Shown here: piece after piece, positions 1-12,146 of the stretch
Layout: the number at the start of each line of letters is the position of its first letter
How positions within the stretch are numbered: position 1 is the first letter of the stretch
Assembly (NCBI RefSeq): GCF_006345805.1
Contig: NC_043004.1
Location: 57,164,001 to 57,228,000, forward strand
Origin: Octopus sinensis
Taxonomy: Eukaryota
Length of the DNA stretch: 64,000 nucleotides
Direction: 5' to 3'
Notes under the pieces: model-generated
What the model was told of the DNA's origin: nothing
The model's database searches: none
The model's input: the letters and a program-made list of their open reading frames with translations, nothing else
Position numbers and translations under genes: made by a program

Positions 1-205
1 CATGTACGTAATTGGCGAATTCGCCGAATATCTATGGCGTATTTAATTAAACTTCAGACAAATACTAACTGCGTTTAATTGCTGCGACAATATTACACTT
101 TATATGCATATACCTAGATGTGTATACAGTTACATATATATTATATACATATATATATTATTATATCCATATATATATATATACACACCACACACCACAC
201 ACCAC

Positions 206-236
<31 letters not shown>

Positions 237-244
237 ATATATAT

Positions 245-495
245 ATATAAAGGTACGAATGGTTCTCTTATACCGTGGCGGGTTTTACAATCCTGTAAAT
301 AATAATGTCATATATATTAGCCTAAAGCATATACCGATCACCGTGCAATGACTAATAAATGTAGTCTAATGATGGGGCATATAAGACCCCGAGAGAAAAA
401 GTAGACTTTCCTATCCGCGAGGGATTATATGTTTTCTAAGTCATTGCACGGTGATCGCTATAAGATCGAGACTTATTTAATTACCATTATAATTA
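245..495. mobile_element. Short non-coding repeat element embedded in (TA)n, with an internal 19-bp perfect inverted repeat
   Basis: CGATCACCGTGCAATGACT (335-353) is the reverse complement of 439-457; flanked by (TA)n on both sides. Confidence 0.45.
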
Positions 496-580
496 TATAT
501 ATATATATATAATAATATTAGGGAATAAATCCAATTTTATAGTATAAATATATTATATTATATTATATTATATTAATTTT

Positions 581-1443
581 AGATAAAACCACTATTAGGC
601 AAATTAAACAGTGAAAAACATAAGCCAATACATAAAATTTATTTAAAAATATAAAATATGAAAATAAAAAATATTTAAATAATTTAAACTTATAAATTTT
701 ATATATATATACAAGTATATATACATATGTATGTATATATTTATATTTATATATTATTTTATTTATTAATTAATTAATTAATTTTTTTTTAAAAAATATA
801 TCAAAATTATTAAAAGTTTAATAAAAGATAAAGAGTAAAACACTACGATTGTTTCATGGCTGTACCAATTCGAATAAGAATAATTTAAATTCTATTAATA
901 ATTCGAGTTATGGTTACAGTCAATCTTCAGGTTAATTGAAATATTTTTAAAATAATCAGAAATATTTAAACAATATTTTAAAGATATAAATAATATAATA
1001 ATTTTCCTTATAATAAACTTTATTATCAAACTAGAAACTTAAAACTTAACAATTATGATTATATCAAAATCGATTATAACGTTAACCATAACCCGAATTA
1101 TTAATTCAATTTAAATTATTGTTATTTGGATTGGTACAATCGTAGTGTTTTACTCTTTATCTTTTATTGAACTTTTGATATATTTTTGATATACTTTTGA
1201 TATATTTTAAAAAAATAAATAAATAACTAAATAAATAAATTAATTAATAAAATAATATATAAATATAAAAATATACATGCATACATATATATATATATAT
1301 ATATGTTTGTATATATATATATATATAAAATTTTTAAGTTTAAATTATTTAAATATTTATTTATTTTTATCTTTTATATTTTTAAATTAATTTTATTGGC
1401 TTATGTTTTTCACTGTTTGATTTGCCTAATAGTGGTTTTATCT
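581..1443. repeat. Long imperfect fold-back (inverted repeat) element
   Basis: Arm 581-916 is the reverse complement, with mismatches and indels, of 1083-1443 (e.g. AAAGATAAAGAGTAAAACACTACGATTGT vs ACAATCGTAGTGTTTTACTCTTTATCTTT); spacer about 166 bp. Confidence 0.85.
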
Positions 1444-1469
1444 CTAATATAATATAATATATATATATA

Positions 1470-2300
1470 TATACACAAATGGGATAAGAACGCAAAACAT
1501 TCAGACAGACGACACAAAGAAAACAAGGTCGGGTCATTATGAGCTTACTTTCCTCAGTCGAGCTCCACATTATCTTTGCAATTTCGACTGGTTATACTCG
1601 AGATTGCTCCAATCTGGCCAATCCCAAGTAAAAACTATGTTAAAAGCACTAGAATCCTTGAAAGAAAGCAGCGAATGTATACGAAAACAAGGACGGTAAA
1701 AACGAAGAAATGGTACACGAATACAAATAACAGTATATTAACAATGGGTGTATTTCCACTAAGTATATGTTGCCCGCATGGCAATGTACAGAAAACAAAA
1801 GTCAGAGACGAGTGAGGGAAAAACAAACAGGTAAATTATCGAGAACAAGCGAAAAGTCTTTGACGTTTCGAGCGTACGTATTTCGACAGAAAGGGATGAG
1901 AAGAAAACGAAACTGGAGGAATAGAGTGGGAGAGAGACAGGGAGGGGGAGAGCGAGCGGGGAGAGAGACAAACGTGCATGTGTATGTGAAGATGTGTGTG
2001 AGCGTATATGTTTGTTTGTGGGTGATGCGTTCGGTACTGCACAGTTGTATGGATGATGAGGGTAAGTGAAAGGTGGTGTGTGTGTGTGAAAGTGTATAGG
2101 GTAGGTTTGAGATGAAAATAAGTGACGAATTGCGGCCCTTAGGTGCAGAGGAATGGAGATAGAAAATCAATCCCTGATTTCCACAGGGGCAGAAATGCAG
2201 GTGAACTGTCTGCAATGTTTCATCATTATAGCTCTTTGAATTTACAAAGAGGGAAAGGAAGATGAGACTTTCAGAAATAAATAAATTTATGCACATATTT
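1470..2300 (-). mobile_element. Penelope-like element 3' fragment (GIY-YIG C-terminus, microsatellite-rich UTR, pLTR with hammerhead-like motif)
   Basis: Minus 2127-2184 translates GNQGLIFYLHSSAPKGRN, resembling the PLE endonuclease end (EQxLIFxLxSxAPxGLN); hammerhead-like motif at 1858-1893; related motif and layout at 42010-43178. Confidence 0.65.
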
Positions 2301-3098
2301 AGAATTTTTATTCAGCTGTTTGACGTTATTTTAGTGTTTAGCGTTTCTAAGGACTGGGTTTTGTAAATATTTCATAAATGGACACGTGTATGTGTGTACA
2401 TTTTTGAAATTGTGTGCTTCGACAAGTATTCAGGTGCGTACCGTTTATAAGTTCTATGTATATTTATATAAATCATTATCACGATGTAACATTTAAGGTA
2501 CGTATTGCTATAGATAGGTCATATGTAATATTTGCTACGTATTCAATCAAAATTAAATGCAGAAATACAATTTAGCTATTTGTTATATGTAGAAATATCT
2601 GTTAACTTTTCCATGTTTAAAAATCAAATTTTTGGATGGTTTTCTGTCGACCTGAGGTGTTTGGTTTATACTTAAAAGAGAGATTTCAAGAATCGCACGG
2701 AATTCTAAAGACTTAAACGATATCTAATTATATAATTTGAATTTAAACATTTCAAATATGTTCTCAGTATTACCAAATTGTAGTGTTGTTTTCTTTATTT
2801 TGTTTTGTTTTCTCTCGTATCTGATACTCCGCAAGAAAACTTTTTGGCGGGCACCGCCAAATGGAAAGCGCTCAGTCTTATCGTTAAAGGTGCGAAACTG
2901 ATTACTACAAATTGGTCCATAATTGATGAAGAATTACGGACCTTCTGTTTTGTCTTCCATTCATTTTTACAATAAGTATACGTTATGTCGTTTCTTTACT
3001 TACCATACATTTTTCATTTACACACACACGTGTGTATGTATGTATATCTATTTATCTATATCTGTATATATACATATATATATGCATATATGTATATG

Positions 3099-3145
<47 letters not shown>

Positions 3146-3174
3146 GTATATATATGTATATATATATCTCATTT

Positions 3175-3512
3175 ACATGTTTGTCATTTGACTGCGGCCA
3201 TGCTGGAGCACCGCCTTTAGTCAAGCAAATCGACCACAGGACTTATTCGGTGTAAGCCCAGTACTTATTCTATCGGTCCAATTTGCCGAACCGCTAAGTA
3301 GCGGGGACGTAAACACACCAGCATCGGTTGTCAAGCAATGGAAGGGGTACAAACACAGACACAGAAACACATACACATACATATATATATATTTACATAT
3401 ATACAACAGGCTTCTTTCAGTTTCCGTCTACCAAATCCACTCACAAGGCATTGGTCGGCCCGGGGCTATTGCAGAAGACACTCGCCCAAGATGCCAAACC
3501 GTGGGACTGAAC
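3175..3512 (-). mobile_element. tRNA-derived SINE family 1, 5'-truncated
   Basis: Matches the other copies (18525-18936, 46925-47375); tail GGCGGTGCTCCAGCATGGCCGCAGTCAAATGAC. Confidence 0.85.
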
Positions 3513-3838
3513 CCATATATATATGTAGATATATATGTATATATATATATAGATATATATGTTTTATATGTATATGTATATATATATTATATATATATAT
3601 ATATGTATATGGTATATATATGTATATATATATATGTAGTATTATATATGTATATATATATATGGCATATATATTATATATAGGTATATGTATATTATAT
3701 ATATGTATTGCATATATATGTATAGTATATATATGTATATATATGTATATGTATATGTATATTATATATATCTATATGTATAATATGTATATGTATATGT
3801 ATATATATATATCTATCTGTATATATATGTATATGTAT

Positions 3839-3871
<33 letters not shown>

Positions 3872-4935
3872 ATGTATATGTATATATATGTATATGTATA
3901 TATAATATGTAAGATATATATATATATATATTATGTATATATATGTATATGTATATATATGTAGATGTATATAATATTATATATATGTATATGTATAATA
4001 TGTGATGTAATATATATGTATATATATAGGTAAGCTATTATAGATTAATATGTATATATATGTATATGTTTATAGATATGTATAGTATATATATATATAT
4101 ATGATATGTATATATATGTATATGTATAATATATGTATATATATATGTATATATATATATGTAAGTATATATTATATGTATGTATATATATATATGTTAT
4201 ATGGATATATATATATGTGTATATGCACATATATATATGTATATGTATATATATGTATAGATATATATATAGGGTATATGCACATATATATATGTATATG
4301 TATATATATGTATATATATATGTATATGTATATATATGTATATATATATATATATATGTGTATATGCACATATATATATGTATATGTATATATATATGTA
4401 TATATATATGTGTATATGCACATATATATATGTATATGTATATATATATGTGTATATGCACATATATATATGTATATGTATATATATATGTATATGTATA
4501 TATGTATATGCACATATATATATGTATATGTATATATATATATGTATATGCACATATATATATGTATATGTATATATGTATATGTATATGTATTATATAT
4601 AGTATGTATATATATATGTATATGTATATGTATATGTATATATATATGTATATATATACGTATATGTATATGTATATGTATATATATATGTATATATATA
4701 TATGTGTATGTATATGTATATATATATGTATATATATATGTGTATGTATATGTATATATATATGTATATGTATATGTATATATGTATATGTATATGTATA
4801 TATATATATGTATATGTATATATATATGTGTATGTATATATATATGTATATGTATATATATATGTATATGTATATATATATATGTATATGTATATGTATA
4901 TGTATATATGTATATGTATATATGTATATGTATAT
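3513..4935. repeat. (TA)n/(TATG)n compound microsatellite
   Basis: Nearly pure TA/TATG/TGCACA units; overlapping ORFs are Y/I/M/C/V artefacts. Confidence 0.97.
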
Positions 4936-5330
4936 ACATCATAATCAAGGAACGGCCATAATAGGCCATTCACCTACTAGAAATAACAGCCAAAGCTTCA
5001 ACCGCAAATAAATATCAATTCCGTAAAACAGGAGAAAATTAAAAAACCATTACCCTGTAATTTTTATACGATGCACCGTTTCATCTACTGTTAATGGTAA
5101 ACTAACCTGATTAAATTAAATAAAGCCAATCTTCCATAGGCCCTTAGAATCATCAGTAAGAATAGCCAAGTCAGAACGAGATTTTCACGAGGCATTTCCG
5201 ACCCTGCCTCGGCAATATCTGACCTAAATTTCAAATCATCGCACTCGCGCCAAATTTATCGGCAGCAAATAAATATAAGCCGCCGATTCCATTACGGAAT
5301 TAACCGGAAAATTCATAATTAATCAATATA
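4936..5330 (-). mobile_element. Probable PLE pLTR-type remnant with a degenerate hammerhead motif
   Basis: Minus 5064-5159: TTA-CTGATGA-T-TCTA...TAGA-T-GAAAC-GGTGCATC-GTA-TAA. Confidence 0.35.
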
Positions 5331-6060
5331 GTGTGGCAAAAAAATTTTGTAGAATTTTTTTGCCACCAATGGAATTTGCTACTCTTCAATAGACACAATT
5401 TAAAAATTAGTTTTAGTTCAACTACCAATTTTAAAAACATAATCAATCATAACATACAAAAAACAAAAGAAGAAAACAGCTGTTCATGCAGGAATAAAGA
5501 ATTGTGCCGCTAAATGGAGCTTGCATGTCCAAGACCATCATATATGAAGCTACCGTAAACTCTATAACCACTAAAGACACCGTTTCGACGAAGAAATACG
5601 TGGGCCTGACAGAGGGTAATTTCAAGGCCAGGTTCAATAACCACACTTTGAGCTTTAGGCACTGGAACAAAATATAACTTAGTCTATCATTGGGCTTCCT
5701 ATAAGGCTTATAAATATTATTATTAAGATCTAAGGAAACGTCTAAGAAATTGACAACCGTCAGGTTAGTGTCTATAGTTATTCTAAGTCCGAAGTGTTTC
5801 ATTAACTGGATAATATCCTTCCTAAAACAATCTTGTGCTGGTTTACGCCCCCTTACTCACCCGAGGTGGCCTTCAATATAGGTAAATATTTCCTAGCACT
5901 GATAGATAGACATTTTCCAGTTAACCATGCTTATAGGAAACTCTTCAATAGACACAATTAAAAAATTAGTTTTAGTTCAACTACCAATTTTAAAAACATA
6001 ATCAATCATAACATACAAAAAACACAAGAAGAAAACAGCTGTTCATGCAGGAATAAAGAA

Positions 6061-6453
6061 TTGTGCCCGCTAAATGGAGCTTGCATGTCTAAGATCATCA
6101 TATATGAAGCTACCGTAAACTCTATAACCACTAAAGACACCGTTTCGACGAAGAAATACGTGGGCCTGACAGAGGGTAATTTCAAGGCCAGGTTCAATGA
6201 CCACACTTTGAGCTTTAGGCACTGGAACAAAAGAAAAGCGACACAATTATCCAATCATATTTGGTCTTTAAGAGATAAAGGTGTCGATTATAACATACGA
6301 TGGAAGATTTTGGCCAGATGTAAGCCCTATACTAACGGCAGTGGAAGGTGCGGTTTATGCGACATGGAGAGATGGCTTATCTGGAAAAGCAGCTTAGACC
6401 CTACCACATGTCTAAATACAAGGACAGAGCTTTTCGGATCATGCCCACTGTGA
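6061..6453 (+). pseudogene. PLE GIY-YIG endonuclease domain (open 130-codon remnant)
   Basis: IIYEAT/YVGLT GIY-YIG-type motif, RFNDH, Cys-rich linker SCSCRNKELCPLNGAC upstream. Confidence 0.88.
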
Positions 6454-6673
6454 ATAATTTCTGTTACGTTTTTGTCCCCTAAAGAAAACGGATAGAACAT
6501 GCTTCTGTGTTATGTCCCAAGAAGATTTATATATTTTATTATATTTTATGTATTTTTATATACTTTTTATGACGAAATGCGAGCGATGTAAAGTACGCAG
6601 GCAAAGCAGAGTTATAACAGAGTAATTTCCTTCATTTTTAACGGTATTTTTTCATAACGTTTTCAAATAGCCA

Positions 6674-6734
6674 GATAACCGAAGAGATGGTGTTGTGGAT
6701 TTCCACTTCGGCATCTGAAACTCAGAGTTTTATC
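6674..6734 (+). ncRNA. Type I hammerhead ribozyme motif in a PLE pLTR (core variant, probably impaired)
   Basis: GATAA-CCGAAGA-GATG..CATC-T-GAAAC-TCAGA-GTT-TTATC; stem I GAUAA/UUAUC; U4 replaced by C. Confidence 0.6.
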
Positions 6735-6831
6735 GACTACCGAGTAATGTAACATATTGTATAGATAAATTTCCTCTATTTACATAATATTGAGGTCTCT
6801 TTCTTTCTTTTCTTATCTTACCGTTTTATCA

Positions 6832-6862
<31 letters not shown>

Positions 6863-6901
6863 ATATATATATATATATATACATATATGTATATATATAT
6901 A

Positions 6902-7283
6902 TCTCTCTCTATATAAACGGCAGTTTGTCTGTGCGTTTTCTGTGTGTCTGTTTCTCGTACCCTCACTCTGACCACGGCTTTCAACCGATTCTGATGAAAC
7001 TGACACACACATAGCCCAATGTCATAATTCAAAACTAACGCAGCGAAAATTTTGAAAAGTTCCCCAGTTCTGAAAAAAATCGATAAATTCGACATGGGGT
7101 CGAGAATCAGAAACCCAAACCACAGACCGTCTAGGGGACGCAACTCCACCTTTTTTAACTCTCAAAAAATTTACCATAATTTTTTTCCCATTTTTTTTTT
7201 GCTATTTTTTGGCTATAACTCTCTAAAAATGCTTTATAGTTATTTCCCTTACAAACCTGAGCAACGCCGGGCGATACTGCTAG
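6902..7283 (+). mobile_element. Non-autonomous Helitron-like element
   Basis: 5' TC within a (TC)n run; 3' GC-rich hairpin-like CCTGAGCAACGCCGGG followed about 9 nt later by CTAG (7280-7283); inserted in (TA)n. Confidence 0.6.
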
Positions 7284-7319
7284 TATACATATATGTATAT
7301 ATATATATATACATATATG

Positions 7320-7351
<32 letters not shown>

Positions 7352-7607
7352 CATATATGTATATATATATGTATATATATATACTTTAATATATATATAT
7401 ACTTTAATATAATTGTAATATTGTTAACATATTTTCAGATACTCTATCTCCTAATTAGCCTTAAGATTAAATAACGTTTTTACCCACAAACTTTAATATT
7501 GTTAATATTAATAATACTCTATCCCATAATTAGACTTAAGATTAAATATCTTCTTGTCGTCTCTCGAACATAGTTAAATAGATAAACAAATAGACAGATC
7601 ATCCAGC

Positions 7608-8307
7608 ATGTCCAGAGCATGGAGACCTGACGAGCTGGATTTATTCGTACAAGCATCGGAGTGCGCCGGCGGAGATAGCCCTAGCGAGGTGATTGCGGCT
7701 GAGCTGAAGAGTAGAGGCTACAAGAGGACAGCGGCTCAGATGGAACGAAAGAGACGGGAATTCGTGCGCTCATATGCGCTTGTACGGTCGCACATTGGCG
7801 CACTTGATGCCATCTTTGAGAACGAGCGAGGCAAAGATGACAAGAATGGAGACGATGAAAGAAGTCACCCCCACCTGGTGGATGCCGGGAGGAAGTTTTG
7901 AATGAGAAACCTGCCCGGGAAGTGAACCCAGTGCAAGTTCTCCAACCGGCAGCAAAGGCCATGGAGGGAGACCCGGTGAAGAAGGTAGAGGGAGGAGGAA
8001 GACTAAAAGAAGGGCTGGTAGACCTAAGGAAAAAGCTCAAGCAGGACCAAAGGGTAAAACCAGGAATAGAAGTTGAACCGCAAAAGATGGAAACGGACAG
8101 CGCACACAGGTGTGTAGGTTCTACCTGAGAGGTTCCTGCTGGCATGGAAATGAAGGTGCAGGCTGCCGCTTTGCACATCGGGGACCCTGCCACAGAGACA
8201 CGAGGCAGATGGACAAACCATCAACACAAGGAAAAGGGATGGACCACGCACCACTTGCCCCAAAGCGGAGGTACGCAGATGTTGTGCGTGCACAAACACC
8301 AACATGA
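7608..8307 (+). pseudogene. LINE ORF1 remnant with N-terminal Myb/SANT-like motif and CCCH zinc finger (frameshifted)
   Basis: WRPDELDLF..IAAELKSRGYKRTAAQMERK (trihelix-like); CRFYLRGSCWHGNEGAGCRFAH is C-x7-C-x8-C-x3-H (8113-8178); pieces lie in three frames. Confidence 0.6.
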
Positions 8308-8493
8308 TGTTGTCGAAAGGGCAGCTGCTGAGCAACAATCTTTTTTGTGCATGGCACAAAAGATTGTACAGCACCTGACCTGGCTTCATCAAACCCAAGC
8401 CCGCAGGTGGGACTACCCACTATATACCAGACCACCACCACAGCAAAACAGACCCGGAGGGACACCACCGGCAAACAAGTACACCTCACCTCT

Positions 8494-11450
8494 ATGCTCC
8501 TACTGAACATCAGAGGACTGCAAACACTCAGTAACAGGACAAAAATCCCGTTCCTGAGAGATTTTGTTGCATGCAATCAAGCCTTATGCATAGCATAACG
8601 GAGGAACGCACCTGAAACGGATGGATATAAGCAGATGGGAGTTACACATACCACAGTATGCTGTACTACGGACCGACAGGAAAGAAAGGAGTCTGGAGTG
8701 TTGCTATGTAACATCCGTGAGGACCTCACACCCCAGGTCCTCTTGTCATACTCAAACTCGGTGTGTGACACACTAATTGTACATATTAGGCAAACTTGAT
8801 GTAGTTGTGTGTGCTACATACCGCCCTCCAGGCCCCAAGCCATGTGGGCAAGTTTGAAGACGCCTTCATAAAAATAGAAGAAGTTCTAACCACATTAGAA
8901 CAACACATAAGTGTACTTCTTATGGGAGACTTCAATGTCAGATGGCCCGAGGGCCTTTCTCCCAGGAATGACAAGATGTGAACGAGGACAGGCGAGGTCC
9001 CTCCTGAAACCTCATCAACCACCCTGTACATGGAGCAGGTAATACTCCAACAACCAGGGCAGGTGGTAACACACTGGATCTCTGCTTCACAAATGACATG
9101 GATCTCATCCATAATGTGAAAGTGACACCGACACTACTCTCGGATCACAACATGATAGAGCTGACCATGTACGGGCCAAAAGAGAGCACGGACATGCAGC
9201 CTACAAGAAACCCCAGAATCTTTCCAGCTTGAACTACCCATAAGGCAAACTGGAAACAAATTGAGAAAGAGATCCTCAAACAAAAACTGGCCTAAATGTC
9301 TCTCCTCGGCAGACATCGACGTGAAACTTCAACAATTCATGTCTGTAATGCAAGCCATATGCTACAAATATGTCCCAGAGAGAAAGGCCACTGTACACAA
9401 GAAACAAAATCCCAGAGAGAGGAAAATTCTAATGAGACGGCGTACAAAATTTTCAAATCGCCTAAAAAAACAGATTGAAAGCAGTGAAAAGTCCGCCTAA
9501 AAATAAACTGTTGGAAATCGAAAAATGTCTGAAACTCTCCCATGAAAAGGAAAGAGCAGACAAAGAAGCCTGGGCTATAGACAACATAAAATCTAACCCA
9601 GAGCTTCTACAGGTATGCCAAAGAAACAGCTACGGTGCACTGTAATAGGGCCACTCCTCGAAAAGGATGGCACACTTACAGGAAAACCAATGAGGGTAGT
9701 GAAATACTGAATGAGCAATTCAAGAGTGTTTTCACTCCACCCCTGGGCATCTCCAAATCACCAATCCAACTGACTTTTTACCACTGCAGAATAAAAATCA
9801 GAGGCGGCGACGATAGATTACATCGATATAAAGGAAGACGATGTAATCAAGGCTATAGATGAAATGAAAACAGACTCAGCTACTGGGCCCCGATGGATTC
9901 CCGGCAATCCTCCTAAAAGCATGTAAGAGAGTCCTAGCAAGACCACTGCAGTTCCTCTTTCAGAGCTTCCTTGCAGCTGGCAAACTTCCAAGAAAACTGA
10001 AGGAAGGTAAAATATGCCCCATTCATAAAGGAGGTAGCAGAGCGGAAGCCAAGAACTATAGACCTATCTCTCTGACCTCACACATCAGCAAGGTCAGGGA
10101 ACGAATAGTCAGAAGGAAGTGATCACCTTCTTTGAAGAAATTGACTTGCTGCCCGACACCCAACATGGTTTCCGACCGGGGAGAAGCTGTTTAACCAGCT
10201 CCTACAACACTATGACTGGGTGCTGAAACGGCGGCTCAACCACTCAAATGTGGAAGTCATATATCTCGACTTTGCAAAGGCCTTTGATAAAGTCGATCAT
10301 GGATGATATGTCACAAAAACTGCGTGATCTCAAAATAGTTGGAAAACTGGGAGATTGGCTTCATGACTTTCTGAAAGATAGAAGTCACGGTGGTAGTGGC
10401 CAATGGGCCACTTCCATTAACACGCAAATAGTGAGCGGTGTTCCGCAGGGCACTGTTCTGGGACCACTGCTGTCATAATGGCCCTCTCAGACATGCCCTC
10501 AGCCACGCAGAGAGCCACGATCACAAGTTATGCAGATGATACAAAAGTTTCACAGGCAATACAGAACCCTGAGGTCACTAAACACCTGCAATGTGAGCTA
10601 GACAAAATATGCAAGTGGGCCGAAAAGAATAGCATGCAGTTCAATGCTGAAAAGTTTAAGCGTTATTCAAGCGTTATCAGCATGCAAACCTAATGCAATA
10701 CCCAATGAATACACTGGACCCGGAGGAATAGCAATCCCAGAGGCACAATCAGTGCGTGACCTAGGTATTTACATGAGTGATGACGCGACCTTTCATGTAA
10801 ATGTTGCTAAATTGGTATGAAATGTAGAGACTGGCCGGATGGATCCTCAGAACCTTTAGAACAAGAGAACAAGAAACCATGATGGTCCTCTGGAAGACAC
10901 TTGTCCTAAGCCACTTTGACTACTGCTCTCAGTTATGGTCACCATCTAGTGTCAAGTTGATCACAGAGCTCGAGGCGATCCAACGTAGCTACCCGAAGAA
11001 GATAGCCTCTATGCAGAATGTAAGCTACTGGGAAAGACTCAGGAAATTAAAATTATATTCCCTGGAGCGTAGGCGGGAAAGATATGCCATAATATACATC
11101 TGGAAGATCCTGGAGGGAAGTGTCCTGACTTTGCATCGAGAGTTACGCAAATGCCAAGAACGGGCGCCACTGCGTGGTGCCTAGGACTCCAAACTTGCCA
11201 TCAGATGTAGGACAAGATTCTGTGATAGCCTGGGCTTCCGAGGCCCACAGCTCTTCAATATCCTCCCGAAGAACTGAGAGACCTCATGGGGTAGATACAG
11301 ATGTCTTAAAATGAAGCTGGATCTCTCCTGTCAGGTGTCCAGATGAACCAACTCCACGGCAGGAGGGGCAGATGAGGGCAGCTGCATCGAACTCTCTCAT
11401 GCACCAAATAGCAGCTGCTAGAAAGCCTTCATGAGGTGAACCAAAGTAGC
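8494..11450 (+). pseudogene. LINE ORF2 remnant (AP endonuclease plus reverse transcriptase)
   Basis: Motifs as above, including LLMGDFN and TLLSDHNMIEL in the APE region; interrupted by multiple indels. Confidence 0.9.
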
Positions 11451-11529
11451 AACACCAAATGGCGGTGCCCCAGCATGGCCACAGCTCATAAGCTGAAACT
11501 GGAAAAATCAAAATCAAAATCAATAGGTA

Positions 11530-11958
11530 TAATATTATCTATTGTATATATATAATATATATATATATGGTATATATATTATGTGGGTGTGGTATATATA
11601 TATATAATATATATTTGTGTGTGTAATAATATATATATATATATATGTATAATATGTATATATATATGTATATGTATATGTATGTATATATATATGTATA
11701 TATATATGTATATGTATATGTATATATATATATGTATGTTATATATATATGTATATATGTATATATATATATATATGTATATATATATGTATGTATATTA
11801 TATGTATGTATGTATGTATATAGATATATGTATGTATGTATATATATATATGTATGTATATATATATGTATATATATATATGTGTATAATAGATGTATAT
11901 ATATATATATTATATGTATGTATATTATATGATTTATATATTATTTATATGTTGTATG

Positions 11959-11994
<36 letters not shown>

Positions 11995-12099
11995 CTATAT
12001 ATATAATATAGAATATATATATATATATATGTAGATATATATACAATATGTATATATATTTATATATATATATATATTGTATATATATATATATGTATA

Positions 12100-12146
<47 letters not shown>

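Larger units (their letters stand above)
5331..6810 (+). mobile_element. Rearranged Penelope-like retroelement: linker, GIY-YIG endonuclease, pLTR; internal duplication with an inverted RT fragment
   Basis: 6061-6453 encodes CPLNGAC..IIYEATV..KKYVGLTEGNFKARF..H..SF..QLSNHIW..WKIL..CGLCDME (PLE GIY-YIG); about 5380-5670 is repeated at about 5940-6230; minus 5670-5830 encodes the RT C-terminal segment VVNFLDVSLDLNNNIYKPYRKPND. Confidence 0.9.
7560..11525 (+). mobile_element. Near full-length, decayed APE-RT LINE (CR1/Proto2-like group; clade not resolved)
   Basis: APE start MLLLNIRGL (about 8494); RT motifs HGFRPGRSC, YLDFAKAFDKVDH, SGVPQGTVLGPLL, YADDTK; C-terminal LERRRERY..IYIWKI; (AAAATC)n tail at about 11504-11522; many stops and frameshifts. 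Confidence 0.92.
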
